Position numbers and translations under genes: made by a program
In this document: piece by piece, positions 14,065 through 28,022 of the stretch
Position numbering within the stretch: the first letter of the stretch is position 1
How the letters are laid out: every line of letters starts with the position of its first letter
Notes under the pieces: model-generated
The model's input: the letters and a program-made list of their open reading frames with translations, nothing else
Told to the model about the DNA's origin: nothing
Databases searched by the model: none
Assembly: GCA_012295275.1 (NCBI GenBank)
Contig: CM022665.1
Location: 29,140,001-29,204,000, forward strand
Source: Chrysomallon squamiferum
Lineage: Eukaryota > Animalia > Mollusca
DNA: 64,000 nucleotides
Direction of reading: 5' to 3'

Positions 14065-17000
14065 TATGATTACAGGATAAAAGAAATACTTGATTGCTGT
14101 GTCAAGATATCAGCTTCATCCTGTTCAGATGATAACGCGACTGCAGCTCTGCAGTGCCTCGCTCCAAATCGAAGTAAATATACTTTCGTCCTAAACAAAA
14201 AAATTCGAATTTTTTTCGATATTCTAATCATGATAATGTTAATACTTGGGCTAACAGGAAACGTTGATTCTGTCTTTGCACAACTGCACTGATAAATGAT
14301 GACTGGTATCAGGTAATTATTACACTTTGTTACAGAGACGGTCTCACCATCTTGTCAGACGTGACACATAAATCAGTAGGTGTACAGCAGGTGTGCTGTG
14401 TAAAAGACAGAGCAGTGACTTATCGAACTGACAAAACCACACAAGTGGCTAATTATCGATCAGACTCCTCTCAGATTTATAGATTTTATCGAGCGTTAGG
14501 AGCTCGTAAACGAACACTGATGTAAGGTGAAGCCTTTCTTTCGGTTAATTAGCAAGACAGCAAAATTATCTATTTATCTTGGTACGTTATGGACACAGAA
14601 GAAAACACAGCTTGTGTCTCTCTGCTGGATGACATCGAGTAAGAGATATCTGGTTACATTCACAGCGCCGGTGGGAATAAGGTCTTAACAAATAATGCAC
14701 TGGCTGAAAAGGAGCGTTGTTTTGGCTTCTTTATAGTTCGTCAGCCTAAAGCTTAGAGGTGGGCACACAAGCCAGAAGCGTCTCATTCACAAATACAGAA
14801 GCTCAGTATTAAAGTAAATACTGGCACACTGTGCTTGAAATGAAAATGTCCTCATCGGGGCATTTATAATGTATAAAGTGCGTGTCCATTTTGGTTTTGT
14901 ACGAGGTACTAAATGAAGAGCACAAAAAGAAAACCAAAAATATACAATTCAATTTATAAATTAAGGAAGCAGATATTATAATACGTACATTTACAGAATA
15001 ACAAAAATAAGAAGTTAGTGAATGTAACAGAATATAATTGACAAATGCTTTTCTTGCCTCCAGAAAATGTAAATAATAATGAATCTTTTCAAAATGTTTC
15101 TCTCAGAAAACATGATTATCTGCTTAGTTAAACAAAAGGTTAATGCAAATTTCTGATATAAAAGTGGATAATAATTGTATTTTTTACGCGAGATACTCAC
15201 GGACTATGTTGTCGTGGGAATTATGACTACAAGTCGTATAAAACTTATCTGAACTGATGAAAACAAGAAATATTTCGAGTAGTAAGTATCAGACCGAATG
15301 TTCAGAAACTCATTGAATCTAGATGGCTTTACAGATTGATCTCCACATTGGTGCAAATTAATGTGATCAGTCTCCATTTTGCTATGTTCATATACAGTCT
15401 ATAGCCTCTTATTAATAAGATAGTTTCTATCGAATATCAAAACTTCATAAAAATGATTAATAAAAACAGCTACTTTTTTTTCGTAATAAGTATATAAAAA
15501 AAAAAATATAAAGATAAAAACTATCGTACGGACAGATATAATGTTCTGTCATATTTTTTCTTCAGACATAATGTTCTATCATGTGTTTGGTTCAGACATA
15601 ATGTTCTACGCTGTTTTGTTTTAAGACATAATGTTCTACTCGGTTTTGTGTTCAGACATTATGTCCTATCATGTGTTTGGTTCAGACATAATGTTCTACT
15701 CGGTTTTGTGTTCAGACATTATGTCCTATCATGTGGTTATTGTTAAAAAGTTCTTTTAAAAACTCTTCACAAACATTTCTGCAAGAAGAAAATGTGTACG
15801 TATATGTAAAACCAATTACAAGTGGTAAACTAGATTTAGTTTTATGACTCAAATAGTACATTTGTCTGATTGATTTACAACTCATATTTCATCTGTTTGC
15901 TTCGAAACGACCAGTTTTAAGGTGCATAATAACATCAATATCCAGCATCACCAAGACCTTGTTGTTAGTCCGTTATAACTGCAACGAGATATTGATCCAA
16001 GTCTGCTAGTTACATTGCGATGTTCACCCAACTCTCATGTTCGTTCTCACAGATTTGTGCGTTTTATATCCTCGGGATAACGCTAGATTTAGCCATTACT
16101 TAGTTTTATTGCGCTGAACATTTTCTTTAACTTGTTACAGCTAACTGTAATGGAGTAAGATTGCCTTTTTTCACGGCTTGGATAAAATGTTTAATGCGAA
16201 TCAAAAGAATTCGCGTAGTCCGCGGTTTCGGCCGATGGACACCAGATAATTGGTTAAAATGTCCAGTTCAGATGACATATTCGTTTGCTTCATATATCTC
16301 TGCCTTCACATACAAAATTATTATTATTATAATTATTATTTTTTTTATTATTTTTTTTTATCTCTACTAGTAGTTTAAGGTATACCTCATGATACTGTCA
16401 TGTATAATACTTTACAAATATCATTTTATTTTAAATATTCAGATGTATCTACATGCGCTCTTATCATGGATTAAATTCGTCATATGAAGCGAACAGAAAA
16501 GTACATAACATGTCCTATGATTAAAAATAAATTGTGATTTACTAACCCATCGTAGCTTTTTCAGATATATAAATACAGCGAAAGTTAAAATTAGTTTTAA
16601 AACTCTATCACTGAACAAAAGATTGAATATACAAAGTATAATCTCAGATACAATGTTACAGCTAGTTACTTTGATACTGCATCTCAAATACAATGTTACA
16701 ACTGGTTACTTTCATACTACATCTCAAATACAATATAATAGCTGGTTACTTTGATGATACGTCTCAAATACAGTGTAACAGCTGGTTACATTGATACTAC
16801 ATCTCAAATACAGTACAACAGCTGGTTATTTCTCAAATACAATGCTACCGCTGGTTACTTTGATACTAGATCTCAAATACACTATTATAGTGATACTACA
16901 TCTCCACTACAATATAACAGCTGGCTACTCTGATACTACATCTCAAATCAAATGTTACAGATGTTATTTTCATACTAGAGTTTATTAGTTTCTAAAACAT

Positions 17001-18171
17001 ATTGTTTGTGTAAAAGATTAGGAAGTAAATTAGGCTCACTCAATCATCTTAACAACGTCTTGTTTGTCACAAGAAGAGTTCAAACCTCTTAAAGGCCATA
17101 ACAGTAAACATCTCGATGTGTAAAAGAAAGAGCACTACTGACGCCGTTTCCTAAAGAAATTGGCAAGAAATCCATATTGTTTTTGCCCGACATACATTTA
17201 CCGTTAAGAATTGATTAGACCTGCTATCAAGTTTCGGTTTCATTTTCAGGAGATCGGTGATTTCATTATTTTAGAAACTCAAAATTAATTTATGGAAGTA
17301 TTCAGTGTTATAATTTTCTTTTCTTGATAAATGAATTTGTTTTTCATTTGAATTTCTGTCCTTCACACAGCAAATAAATAAATAATATCAGTTACACAGA
17401 TGTCCGAAATTTGATAGAAAAATATTATTAATGATTCATCCGTCTTTAAGTAAAATAAATTAAAGTTTTTGTTGTCTCATTCGACTGTTAAAACATCCCG
17501 AACGTTTTCTTTGTCTTAGTAAGGATATAAAATTATCAGACATTTACTCCAGTATTTCTGAGTTAATGAAAAAGAAGCGAAACTTTACTTCAAAACAAAC
17601 AATTAGAAATATTCTCAGCCATAAAATAAAACACAAAGCATCTAATCGGCCACTTTGACCACGTTTGACTCGGCACAACTTGCACGTCATTCAGTTAAAA
17701 TAAAATAAATACATGTATAAAATACAGAACAAAACGTTCAGAAAGTTGATTTAATAAATAAATAAATAAGTAAAAATAAAAAAAAATAAAAATTTAAAAT
17801 ACAAACAATCATTTACAAGAAAGAATTACTGTTCAGACAGTTGTAAATGATTATTGATGTATGCGACGAATTAATAATTTTATTTTATTTTTTTTTTTTT
17901 TTTAAACTATGCCATAGTAAATGAAATGAGAAATCTTATATACCTAACGACTGGTGGTCATTGTATATCTGTATCTCCAACAGAAGCTAATCCGAAGAGT
18001 AAAGTTCGCAACATCAGCTCAAGTAGAAGCTTGCAACAATAGATCCATCACTTGTAGCGAGTAAAATAAATATTTAACGATAAACCCAGATCACTTTATC
18101 ATTGATAACTGAGTAACGACATAGCTACAGCTGACATGGTGCGTGCTTTGTTTAAATCTAGTACACTAATT

Positions 18172-18253
<82 letters not shown>

Positions 18254-19097
18254 ATTGATCTAATGATTTTATACCTGTCTTAGACAAAAAAAGAAATTTT
18301 GTAAAAAGTTAATTAAGACATTATTTAGTAGACAACAACAAAAATAAATAAATAAACAGATTACCAATAATGAATATTTGTATAACTACAAATTTTATCA
18401 TTACGCCAGTTACGTTGTAAAAACATCGTTTCTTTTATTACCAGCAGAACAAATTTGCTGTCGAGTGTTTGATATTGGTAATTAAAATCAGTGATGTTGG
18501 AGATACTCTGACATGCGAGTCGTATTTGTTTTGCTTCACTGCTGTCTCTGTGGTTCACGTATTTAATAAACGTATTGCAAAATACCAGACGAGATAGTTG
18601 CAATACTTAATACTACAGTTACTTTGCTATATAAATTCTTCTTGCCAAGCATATTAATTTTTTATGGGCTCTTTTAAAAAAATATATATCTTTTTTGACC
18701 CTGCTAAGATTTGACAATGTCTTTGCTATGGAAGACTACCACGTTGGTCTATTCCGAATTATTACTGATGTTAAGAGTAAAAAGTCTACTCAAGTAATAA
18801 AAAGTTATTCAAATTATTTAGTTTGACTGATACAGCTAAGCAAACTGACGGATGGAGAGATTTATATGTCAGTTATTATATTTTTTTATTTTTTTTTATT
18901 ATTATTATTATTATTATTTTTTTTTTTTTTTTTGCCAAATAATTCATTGGTCATTGTTTTGGCTCCGATGAAGGTCAGTGTCTGCTATGAAAGATCAACG
19001 AACAGAAACGGACGACATTAAAAGCTGCATAATGATAAATCCCTGTAGGAAATGTTAAACAAATGACCATAAATGTCTAAATATCATTTCCAGTTAG

Positions 19098-19130
<33 letters not shown>

Positions 19131-19563
19131 AAATCGTTATTTATTTACAGATACTTTTAAAATAAATCTTATCATTATTTACAACGTTAATGAACATTAA
19201 TAGTATCTGAAGGATTCTAGGCGTCTCCTGACGTTTGTTAAATAAAAGTGTGGTTGGGGAACCCACGTGTCTTAGATAACTGATAAAAAGAAACAGGATT
19301 CGGAAACACGGAGAAATATAAAGCAGCAAAGTATTAAGCGGAACGACATCTTGGCTCCGTTTTACTGAAACTGTGTAAATATGTATGCTTAAGCACTGAC
19401 TCTAATTCGTTTCCGAAAAGAATAATTTGTGTAAATCACTCAGTGATAGCAATTTTTGTCGATGATGCGGAATACACTGAATAATGTATACTCTGGCAAT
19501 GAGGTGATATCAGAAAATAGTTCAAAGTATTCGGAAACACGAAGAAACAAAAGCCGCAACGTA

Positions 19564-19622
<59 letters not shown>

Positions 19623-22600
19623 TAAAATATTAATTAAAATTCCATCTTGAAAGTTACATTAGAGCATAACAGAATCTTTGTAAACAGAATAGGACGATGG
19701 TCTGATGATGAGGCTTTAAAGACAGACATTATTTAAGTACATTTGTTAACTTTATTTGATGTCTAAACATTATAGCAGTGATCTATTAATAATAAACATC
19801 AAAATATGTTACAAATATATTCTCCATCAAAACACTGAATGATAAACAGAAGTGTGTATACTTCATATTATTCCGTATCCTACTTTATTGTATTATATAC
19901 ATACATACGTACACATATATATATAAACCCATTAAAAAATAAATAATTATGTTATTATATTAATAGAAAATATCAGATTAAAATATCGTCCACGATAATA
20001 ATAATAATAATAATAATAAAACGAAATAAAGAAGAAGAAAGAAAGAACTCTGTGAAAAACAATCCCCACAGTTTAAAAACAAATTACTGCTTAATGTCTG
20101 TAAAGGAGAAACAACGCATAATCAGTGCTTACACTGGCTGTAACGAGCAGTACACTAACTGGACAAACGTATTACAGAAGTAATTTTCACACTTGCTTCT
20201 CACTGCCCTGGGCTTGGAACCACCAACAATTAGACGATTCCGAAGACAGGTTATCTCACTTGGAAACAAGGACAATTAAAGTAATTTGCCACATGTTTCG
20301 ACTCGTACAGATGCAATTCTGAAAATAAATGGGTTTTTTATTTCAAGACGAGCGCTAACTACCTAGGCATATTGCGACCAGCGTAAACAGATTATACTGA
20401 TTCAGTTGTATTTTAATTGGGTGGATAATTTCCTAGCAATATATATATATTTCATTTTCAAATTAAAAAAATGTTTTGAAGTAAGATGATTTAAAATAAT
20501 CATATTAGATGTAAACATTTATTTCCTGAAAAAATACATTTGTAAAATAATTATAGATACCGAAACCTTGATCTAAGAGTAAATAGTTGTTGTTTGTTTT
20601 TAAAAAACAGATAATAAAACCCAGACAAACAGAATCGGAATTGTTATATAAAGAAAAAAGATCCGTTTCTCTGGATTTTCCGAGTTTCTGGAAGAAGAAT
20701 AAATGGTTCGGTAGCTGTACATATAAGACTTTAGATCTGCTGAAAACTTAAATAATATGAATTTAAAATTTTGTTGCCTACGTTTAAAAATGCATTTTTA
20801 ATGAAGACATTGCATGGTTCACATTTCGTATAAGTAATTATCACAAAAGACTGAGTAGATATCAATATCGCTACTCACAAAACAAAGGTCATACACTAAT
20901 TCTGTGCTGTGTGCTCACCAGACAAACTAGGATGATACACAGCGTACTTTGACCTTAACTCGTTGTATAATGGAGAGTTTAAATATGGAGCTAAATAATA
21001 GCCTTATAGCAAACGCGATCTGCACCCGTTCACTAGGTTTTGCCCTACGGATCTTTAATTTATTATTATTATTATTATTATTTAAAATATTAATTCAAAT
21101 TCCATCATAGAAAGTTATATTAGTGCATAACAGAATCTAAAATCGAGGATATTAATGATATGTTTCCAGTGAAATACTATATAAAGATGGCCAGGCCGTA
21201 TCTTTGTAAATAGACCAGAACATTCTTTTATCTTGTTTGTAACATTTGTTCGTATGGAATTTTTTTATCGCGAGAGTTTCTTTGCAACAGACTTTGTATG
21301 TAGCCTTAGGTCAGATATGGACACTGATAATCATGTCCTACGGACCAGAATGAGAATTTATAATTTGTTATTGTCTTGCTATTGTTTTTGTAAAGTTATA
21401 TATTGTTTTCCATGACAGAAGTAGTAGTAGTAGTAGTAGAAGTAGAAGCAGCAGCAGTAGTAATAGTGGTAATAGTAGTAGTAGTAGCAGTAGTAGCAGT
21501 AGTAACAGTAGTATTAGTAGAGAAGTAGTAGTAGTAGTAGCAGCAGTAGTAGTAGTAGCAGTAGCAGCAGCTGTAGTAATAGTGGTAGTAATAGTAGCAG
21601 CAATAATATAAGTATTAGTAGAAGCAGTAATAGTAGTCAGAGTTGTAGTAGGAGTAGTAATATTAGTAGTAGTAGTAGAAGAAGAAGTAGTAGTAGTAGT
21701 AGCAGCAGCAGCAGTAGAAGTAGTGGTAGTCACAATTGTTATCGCTTAATTCGTCTGTATTTATTCCTCATATTTAAAAAGGTAAGAGATAGTAACCACT
21801 ATTAAATATATTCTTTTACACTTTCTTTCTTATTATTTTTGTAACCAAGCATAACATTGTTAGAAATTGCTTCTAATAAGCAAGACCGTGGTCTGTCATG
21901 TGACAAATAATAAAAAATTGTCCAGCTTTGTCCAGTGACACTTTCTAAAGCGAGTCAGTGTATTATACATCAAATTAAAGTGCAGTAAATTATTTTCCAT
22001 TTGGCCAGATTTATATAAAAGACTAAGTCCAAGTGATACTTCCATAGAAGTTCTACAGGCTTGCATTATAGATGAAAATATATACTCCGACTCTTTTCTT
22101 TACAATTTACTAATGTTCAGCTGCACTTTACTTTGCAAATTGAGTTTTTAAAATGGCAGCGTTTCTATACTTAAAAGATATTCTGTTATATATCACGATA
22201 CGTATGTTGATACAGACAGAGTGACAGATGCAGACGCACAAATGTCAACTGCAATAATAACTGAAGATTTTCTAGGCATTAAATAAGATAAATAAATAAA
22301 TAACTATTAAAAAAACAATAATAATAATGCAATAAAGAACTTTTATCAAAAAAAAAATAAAAAATAAAAATCCTCGGCAAACAAAATAAACGTGAATAGC
22401 ATAAATATTAATAAATAAATAGATAAATAAATAAATAAAAAAAAAAAAAAAAACAGGCGTCTGAAATCTAGAACTATAGGCTGAGAATTATTATTATTAT
22501 TACTATTTTTTTTTTTTTTTTTTTTTTTTCCGCTTTTAATTCTTCGTCGTCATAGTTTTAGTGATAATTTTCTTTTTCTTCGTCATTCGTTTTAGTATTA

Positions 22601-25169
22601 GTCTTTTCTTCTTCTTCTTTTTCTTCGTCGTCGTCGTCGTCGTCGTTTTAGTATTTCCTTCTTAATTTTCGTCAGTTTTAGTTATAGTTTTCTTTATCGT
22701 TTTAGAAAAAGCTTTTTTCTTCTTATTCGTTGTCGTTTTAGCATTTTATTGTTGTTATTTTCTTCTTCGTTATCGTTTTAATAGTAGTTTTCTTCTTCTT
22801 CTTGTCGTCATTGTACTTTTCTTTTCAATTTCCTCTTCATTACGACAGTTTCAGATCGATGTTTTTAAGAAAGACGTCTGCCTTACTTTGATTATTTGCA
22901 CCAGCATGACACGAGACAGCCAGACATGACGTCATTGTCTCTCGCATGTCGCCGTCAGTCTAGAATTTACTGTCTTTTTGTTTTCTTTTCTTCTTCTTCT
23001 TTTTATTTATTAACAGCTGTTACGACTCAAGTTCAGTTCAAATCGCGGGTCAGTATCCTTTGGGACATGTCCAGTTAGCTAGCACGAAGTCCACTGTTAA
23101 ACTATGATCGATTCTACTATGCAAGCAAGAGGAAATGACACCTAGGAGACGGGAAACGATCTGGCAGCTAAACTATGTATTCAAAAATAAAACTAAGCAG
23201 TCCAAAAAGAAGAAAAAAATGTTAAATCAACCCCAAATTCTAATCTTTCGTACACAGTCTAAGCATAAAGACCCAAAACTAAGTAGTACTTTTATCGTAG
23301 TTGGTATCTCTGGGTTTCAGTTGATTTGTTGTTGTTTTGTTTTTGTTATTTTTTTCATGTTTCAGAATGTCGGTGCTCGTTTCATACCTGAATGTTATTT
23401 TCAGTAGAATAACATAGACACGAATAAAGGCTAATGTTTTGACGTATTTGGTGTAAAAGATAATAATAACCAAAATACATAATTAGTAATAAATTTGAGT
23501 AGTTGTGTGTGTGTGTGTGTGTGCGTGTGTTTATATACAATATTTAACAACGGAACAGAACAGGTAATGTACACACAAACATACAAACAAGCACTCGTGA
23601 ACACACAAACACACACTCAAACAGTGGCGTGCAGAGGGCTGGTGATGTCCTGGGCCAACTCCTTGATTGCCTGCCCCAAACACTCAAGTAAAAGGCCTAG
23701 TACTGAGAAATATTATGAGAATGGAATATATTTTGACTATGTAAACCCAGATAAAACATAAAATAAACACTTTATTCGATTTAAACATATATCAACCAAA
23801 TTTATTAAGTTCTTTTCTCTGATTGGATGCCCCCCCCGTTTGGATGCCCAGGACTATCGTCCCTTCGCCCCCCCTCTTCATGCCACTGCACTCAAATAAA
23901 CACATACCACTGTACAAACAGACAAACCAATGTTAACATCAGAGTCAGTTTGCTCTTATCAGAAGAATTACAAAGGTTTTATTTATAAGTATTTTTTCAT
24001 CTAAATGTTTTAAAATTCTTTATTTTAAAAACAAAAAAATCTTGTTAGCACAAAATTTTACAGTAAAAATAAGAATATAATTACGTTTCAGATTTTACAA
24101 GAGGAAAGTAAAAAGGTGATTGTTTAACAACATTTAATATATATAAAAAGTTGTGAAAAAAGGTATTAACATAATGAAAATCTGAAGATGAAATCTGGGT
24201 TATTCATGAAGGGCTGCTACTGTAATTTATATTCTGTTAGGCATAATTATCTGAGGAAAAACGGAAACTAGATATTTGAGAAAACTCACACAGTATACAA
24301 AACGGCAGTTAAATATTTGAAGTCTTGAATTTTCTAAGTTATCTTTAGTGCTGTGCCCTCAGTTATTATTTTAAGAAAAAAATCACACACAAAAAAACCC
24401 ATAAAAAAACCCATAAAAAAACAACTAAAGTGCAGTACATGTCACTGTTCATTAATACAACACATTCAAAAGTAACTGAGGAAAATTTAAAGTAGTGAAT
24501 TTCTAAAATCAACATTATTAATACCATAATACATTTATTTATTAAATATTTATTTTCATGAAAATTATATTTAGGTCATTCAGAATCTAGATTATTAACA
24601 CCGTGAAATTATCAGTATTTTAATATATATATATATATATAAATTCAAGTATTTTATAAATGATTATTAATACGCTACATTTAGTCCATATGTTTATTTC
24701 AGAAAATTTTAAATCACGGTTTGGGACGCCTTTTTAAAATAATACTAGATACTTATTCTCTCAGTCCATGATTTTGTAAACTAGCATTAAATACCTTAAA
24801 CTTATTTCAGAAACCGCTGAAATCGATATTTAATATATGACAGTACAAAAATATGTACTTAAATTTAAGATGTATATTTTTAAAATCATGATTAGACTAT
24901 AAAAATCTGAAGTCCATAAATTTTAAATTATCATTATGACAGTTTAATATATAATTTCAAACTAATAAATTAATAAAACATACATGCGAAAAACGTAGTT
25001 AAAACTTAACAATCACTTACTTGAGAAAAATGATAAGTCCGAGTTTTGGTAAATCGTCATTAATTTCATGCCAAGTATCTTGTACTAGGCTGATCTGTCT
25101 CGGTGACAAGTAGATGCTGAGGTCTTTGTCGTTCTTCTCAATACACGAGATTGATTGTGCGGAACCCAT
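11543..25169 (-). CDS. Globin B (neuroglobin/globin X-like, putatively N-acylated), complete 3-exon gene, 183 aa
   Basis: Exon 1 is 25169-25021 (149 nt, MGSAQSISCIEKNDKDLSIYLSPRQISLVQDTWHEINDDLPKLGLIIFL+AA|gtaagt). Exon 2 is 13080-12843 (238 nt, FFQTEPEMKSLFPK...KHAVTVLEGLG...GQTHVKRNVKPHMLK|gcaagt). Exon 3 is 11707-11543 (KLWPSLQHGL...AWKRVY...GMENPDAEFNENTVT*). The phases join in frame (149+238+165=552 nt). About 63/79 exon-2 residues are identical to globin A. Confidence 0.9.
15531..15736. repeat. 30-bp minisatellite, ~7 copies
   Basis: Unit ttcagacataatgttctatcatgtgtttgg; the last four units alternate as a 60-bp dimer. Confidence 0.85.
16642..16980. repeat. ~39-40-bp minisatellite, ~9 degenerate copies
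   Basis: Unit atctcaaatacaatgttacagctggttactttgatactac. Confidence 0.85.
18176..19489 (+). repeat. Left arm of long inverted duplication (within globin B intron 1)
   Basis: Reverse complement of ~26554-28019. Block 18443-18659 matches 27417-27633 with 1 mismatch in 217 bp, and 19456-19489 matches 26554-26587 exactly (34 bp). Intervening blocks (e.g. ~18690-18745, ~18950-18992, ~19330-19410) are alignable but clearly diverged. The outer (GA)n mirrors the (CT)n at 27923-28019. Confidence 0.9.
21418..21730. repeat. Compound (TAG)n/(CAG)n trinucleotide array
   Basis: Seen directly in sequence; it produces the poly-T/A/L ORF artefact. Confidence 0.85.
23622..23888 (+). mobile_element. hAT-superfamily non-autonomous element (MITE), 267 bp
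   Basis: TIRs CAGTGGCGTG...CATGCCACTG and a perfect 8-bp TSD CACTCAAA (23614-23621 and 23889-23896). A second family member lies at 31960-32209. Confidence 0.88.
25021..25169 (-). CDS. First coding exon of globin B (N-terminal extension, A helix and B helix)
   Basis: Absent from the ORF track; read manually. Contains the globin A-helix pattern LS..Q..LV..TW and the B-helix G.IIF. Ends at a phase-2 AA|GTAAGT donor that matches the phase-2 acceptor at 13080. Confidence 0.88.
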
Positions 25170-25400
25170 TCTACGTTCCTACTGTGCAGCTTTTACCGCT
25201 GTACCCCCACCAACGAACATCTCATTCTTTGCTCGTTGTTGTGTGTGTGAAGTTGATTGGAAATATCCTAATTGTCACTCATTGGCTGACGAGCAGAGTT
25301 TTCCTAATTGTAACGCCGTCTTGTCTGCTGTATCGATGAGGTTCACGGTAGGCCACGCGGTGGTGAAGATACGGGGTGACGATCATGCGATGATAAACTT
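25170..25400 (-). promoter_or_regulatory. Putative 5' UTR / proximal promoter of globin B
   Basis: A relatively GC- and CpG-rich patch directly upstream of the ATG, with a minus-strand CCAAT (agccaatgag, ~25279-25288) next to a TGACG half-CRE. The TSS cannot be determined from sequence. Confidence 0.4.
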
Positions 25401-26553
25401 TCCAAACGAACCAAATTAATTTGAATGAAGTCCTAAAACTCAACGTAGTAGAAATAAGTAAGAATCAAGTAATTTCTATACGGCAATTTAATAACGTTCG
25501 CTTAACGTCTATAACCAGGCGTTATAAACGACGTTAAGGAATACCTCTTGACCACTTTGGTTTGATAAGATTTTCCTAAATTATATGTTAATGATCAAAA
25601 AAGGATGTAAAATAAACAATAAAAAGCTGTTATTCCTTTACAGATCTTGACCCTATATATAATTTAATTTGATTAATTTTATTAATTAATGAAGATATAT
25701 ATAGAGTCTGGACAAATATTTGTTTTGTTAAATACTAATTATAATCACTGTCAAAGATGGAAGACATTAACACAGCTGAATCTAAAGATGCAGAAAATGA
25801 CATAATGAATTATCATATTTCAGTCGTGCTTTTTCTTATGTGAAGACACGGATATTGCTGCAACAAAAGAGGTGTATCTTCTACCATAATCAATACCTTT
25901 AATGCAGTGTTTTCTTGTAAATTACTTTTCAGAAAGAATAAAAACATGATTAACTGTGTAATTTATTTTGTTACTTATTTAATAACGTTGCTGAATTTAG
26001 TGTGTTTTGTCAGTTTCATGTTCTGTGTGTTACATACAGTGCGTACTGCATACTCATAAATATTGATTTGAACTGCTGGTCGCAGTGCTTGCACGAAAAT
26101 GAAATATTTTTTATTTCTACTTCTCTGCGGTGTCAACGACTTCTTTTTAAGTGACCGGTGAAATGGAAGCTGAATGTTAAACGCAAGAGTTATACAATAA
26201 TGACTCAAGTCGACTTGTATCTAATAGATATGGTGATTAGTTAGCGATCGACAGATGATGTCACTGACGTTGTCTCAACAATACATCCTTTTAGCGTGCT
26301 GTTCCATAATGAAGCTACCACCCACTTCATTGTTCTCAGGGACAGTGACCCTCCAAGCATTTATAGCTTTTCTAACAATATAATTTATGTTTCATTTGAT
26401 ATATCCGATAGACAGTTCACAACATTGAAAACTGAAGTCGTCTGGTTCTTCTTATTCATAAAATACGGTTAGTTCTGTTACCTGCGTAACACATCATCTT
26501 ACTCGTAGATGCACTCTTTGAACTATTTTCTGTCATCAGCTCTTTGTCGAAGC

Positions 26554-28022
<1,469 letters not shown>

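Noticed and set aside
15531-16980. CRISPR-like appearance of 30-40 bp repeats
   Set aside because: Head-to-tail tandem units without unique spacers, no cas genes, and a eukaryotic context.
18361-18603. Duplicated ORF MQLSRLVFCNT... (also 27473-27700) as a protein-coding gene pair
   Set aside because: TTG start, no recognisable domain or splice structure, and the two C-termini diverge exactly where the DNA identity ends. It is a by-product of the inverted repeat.
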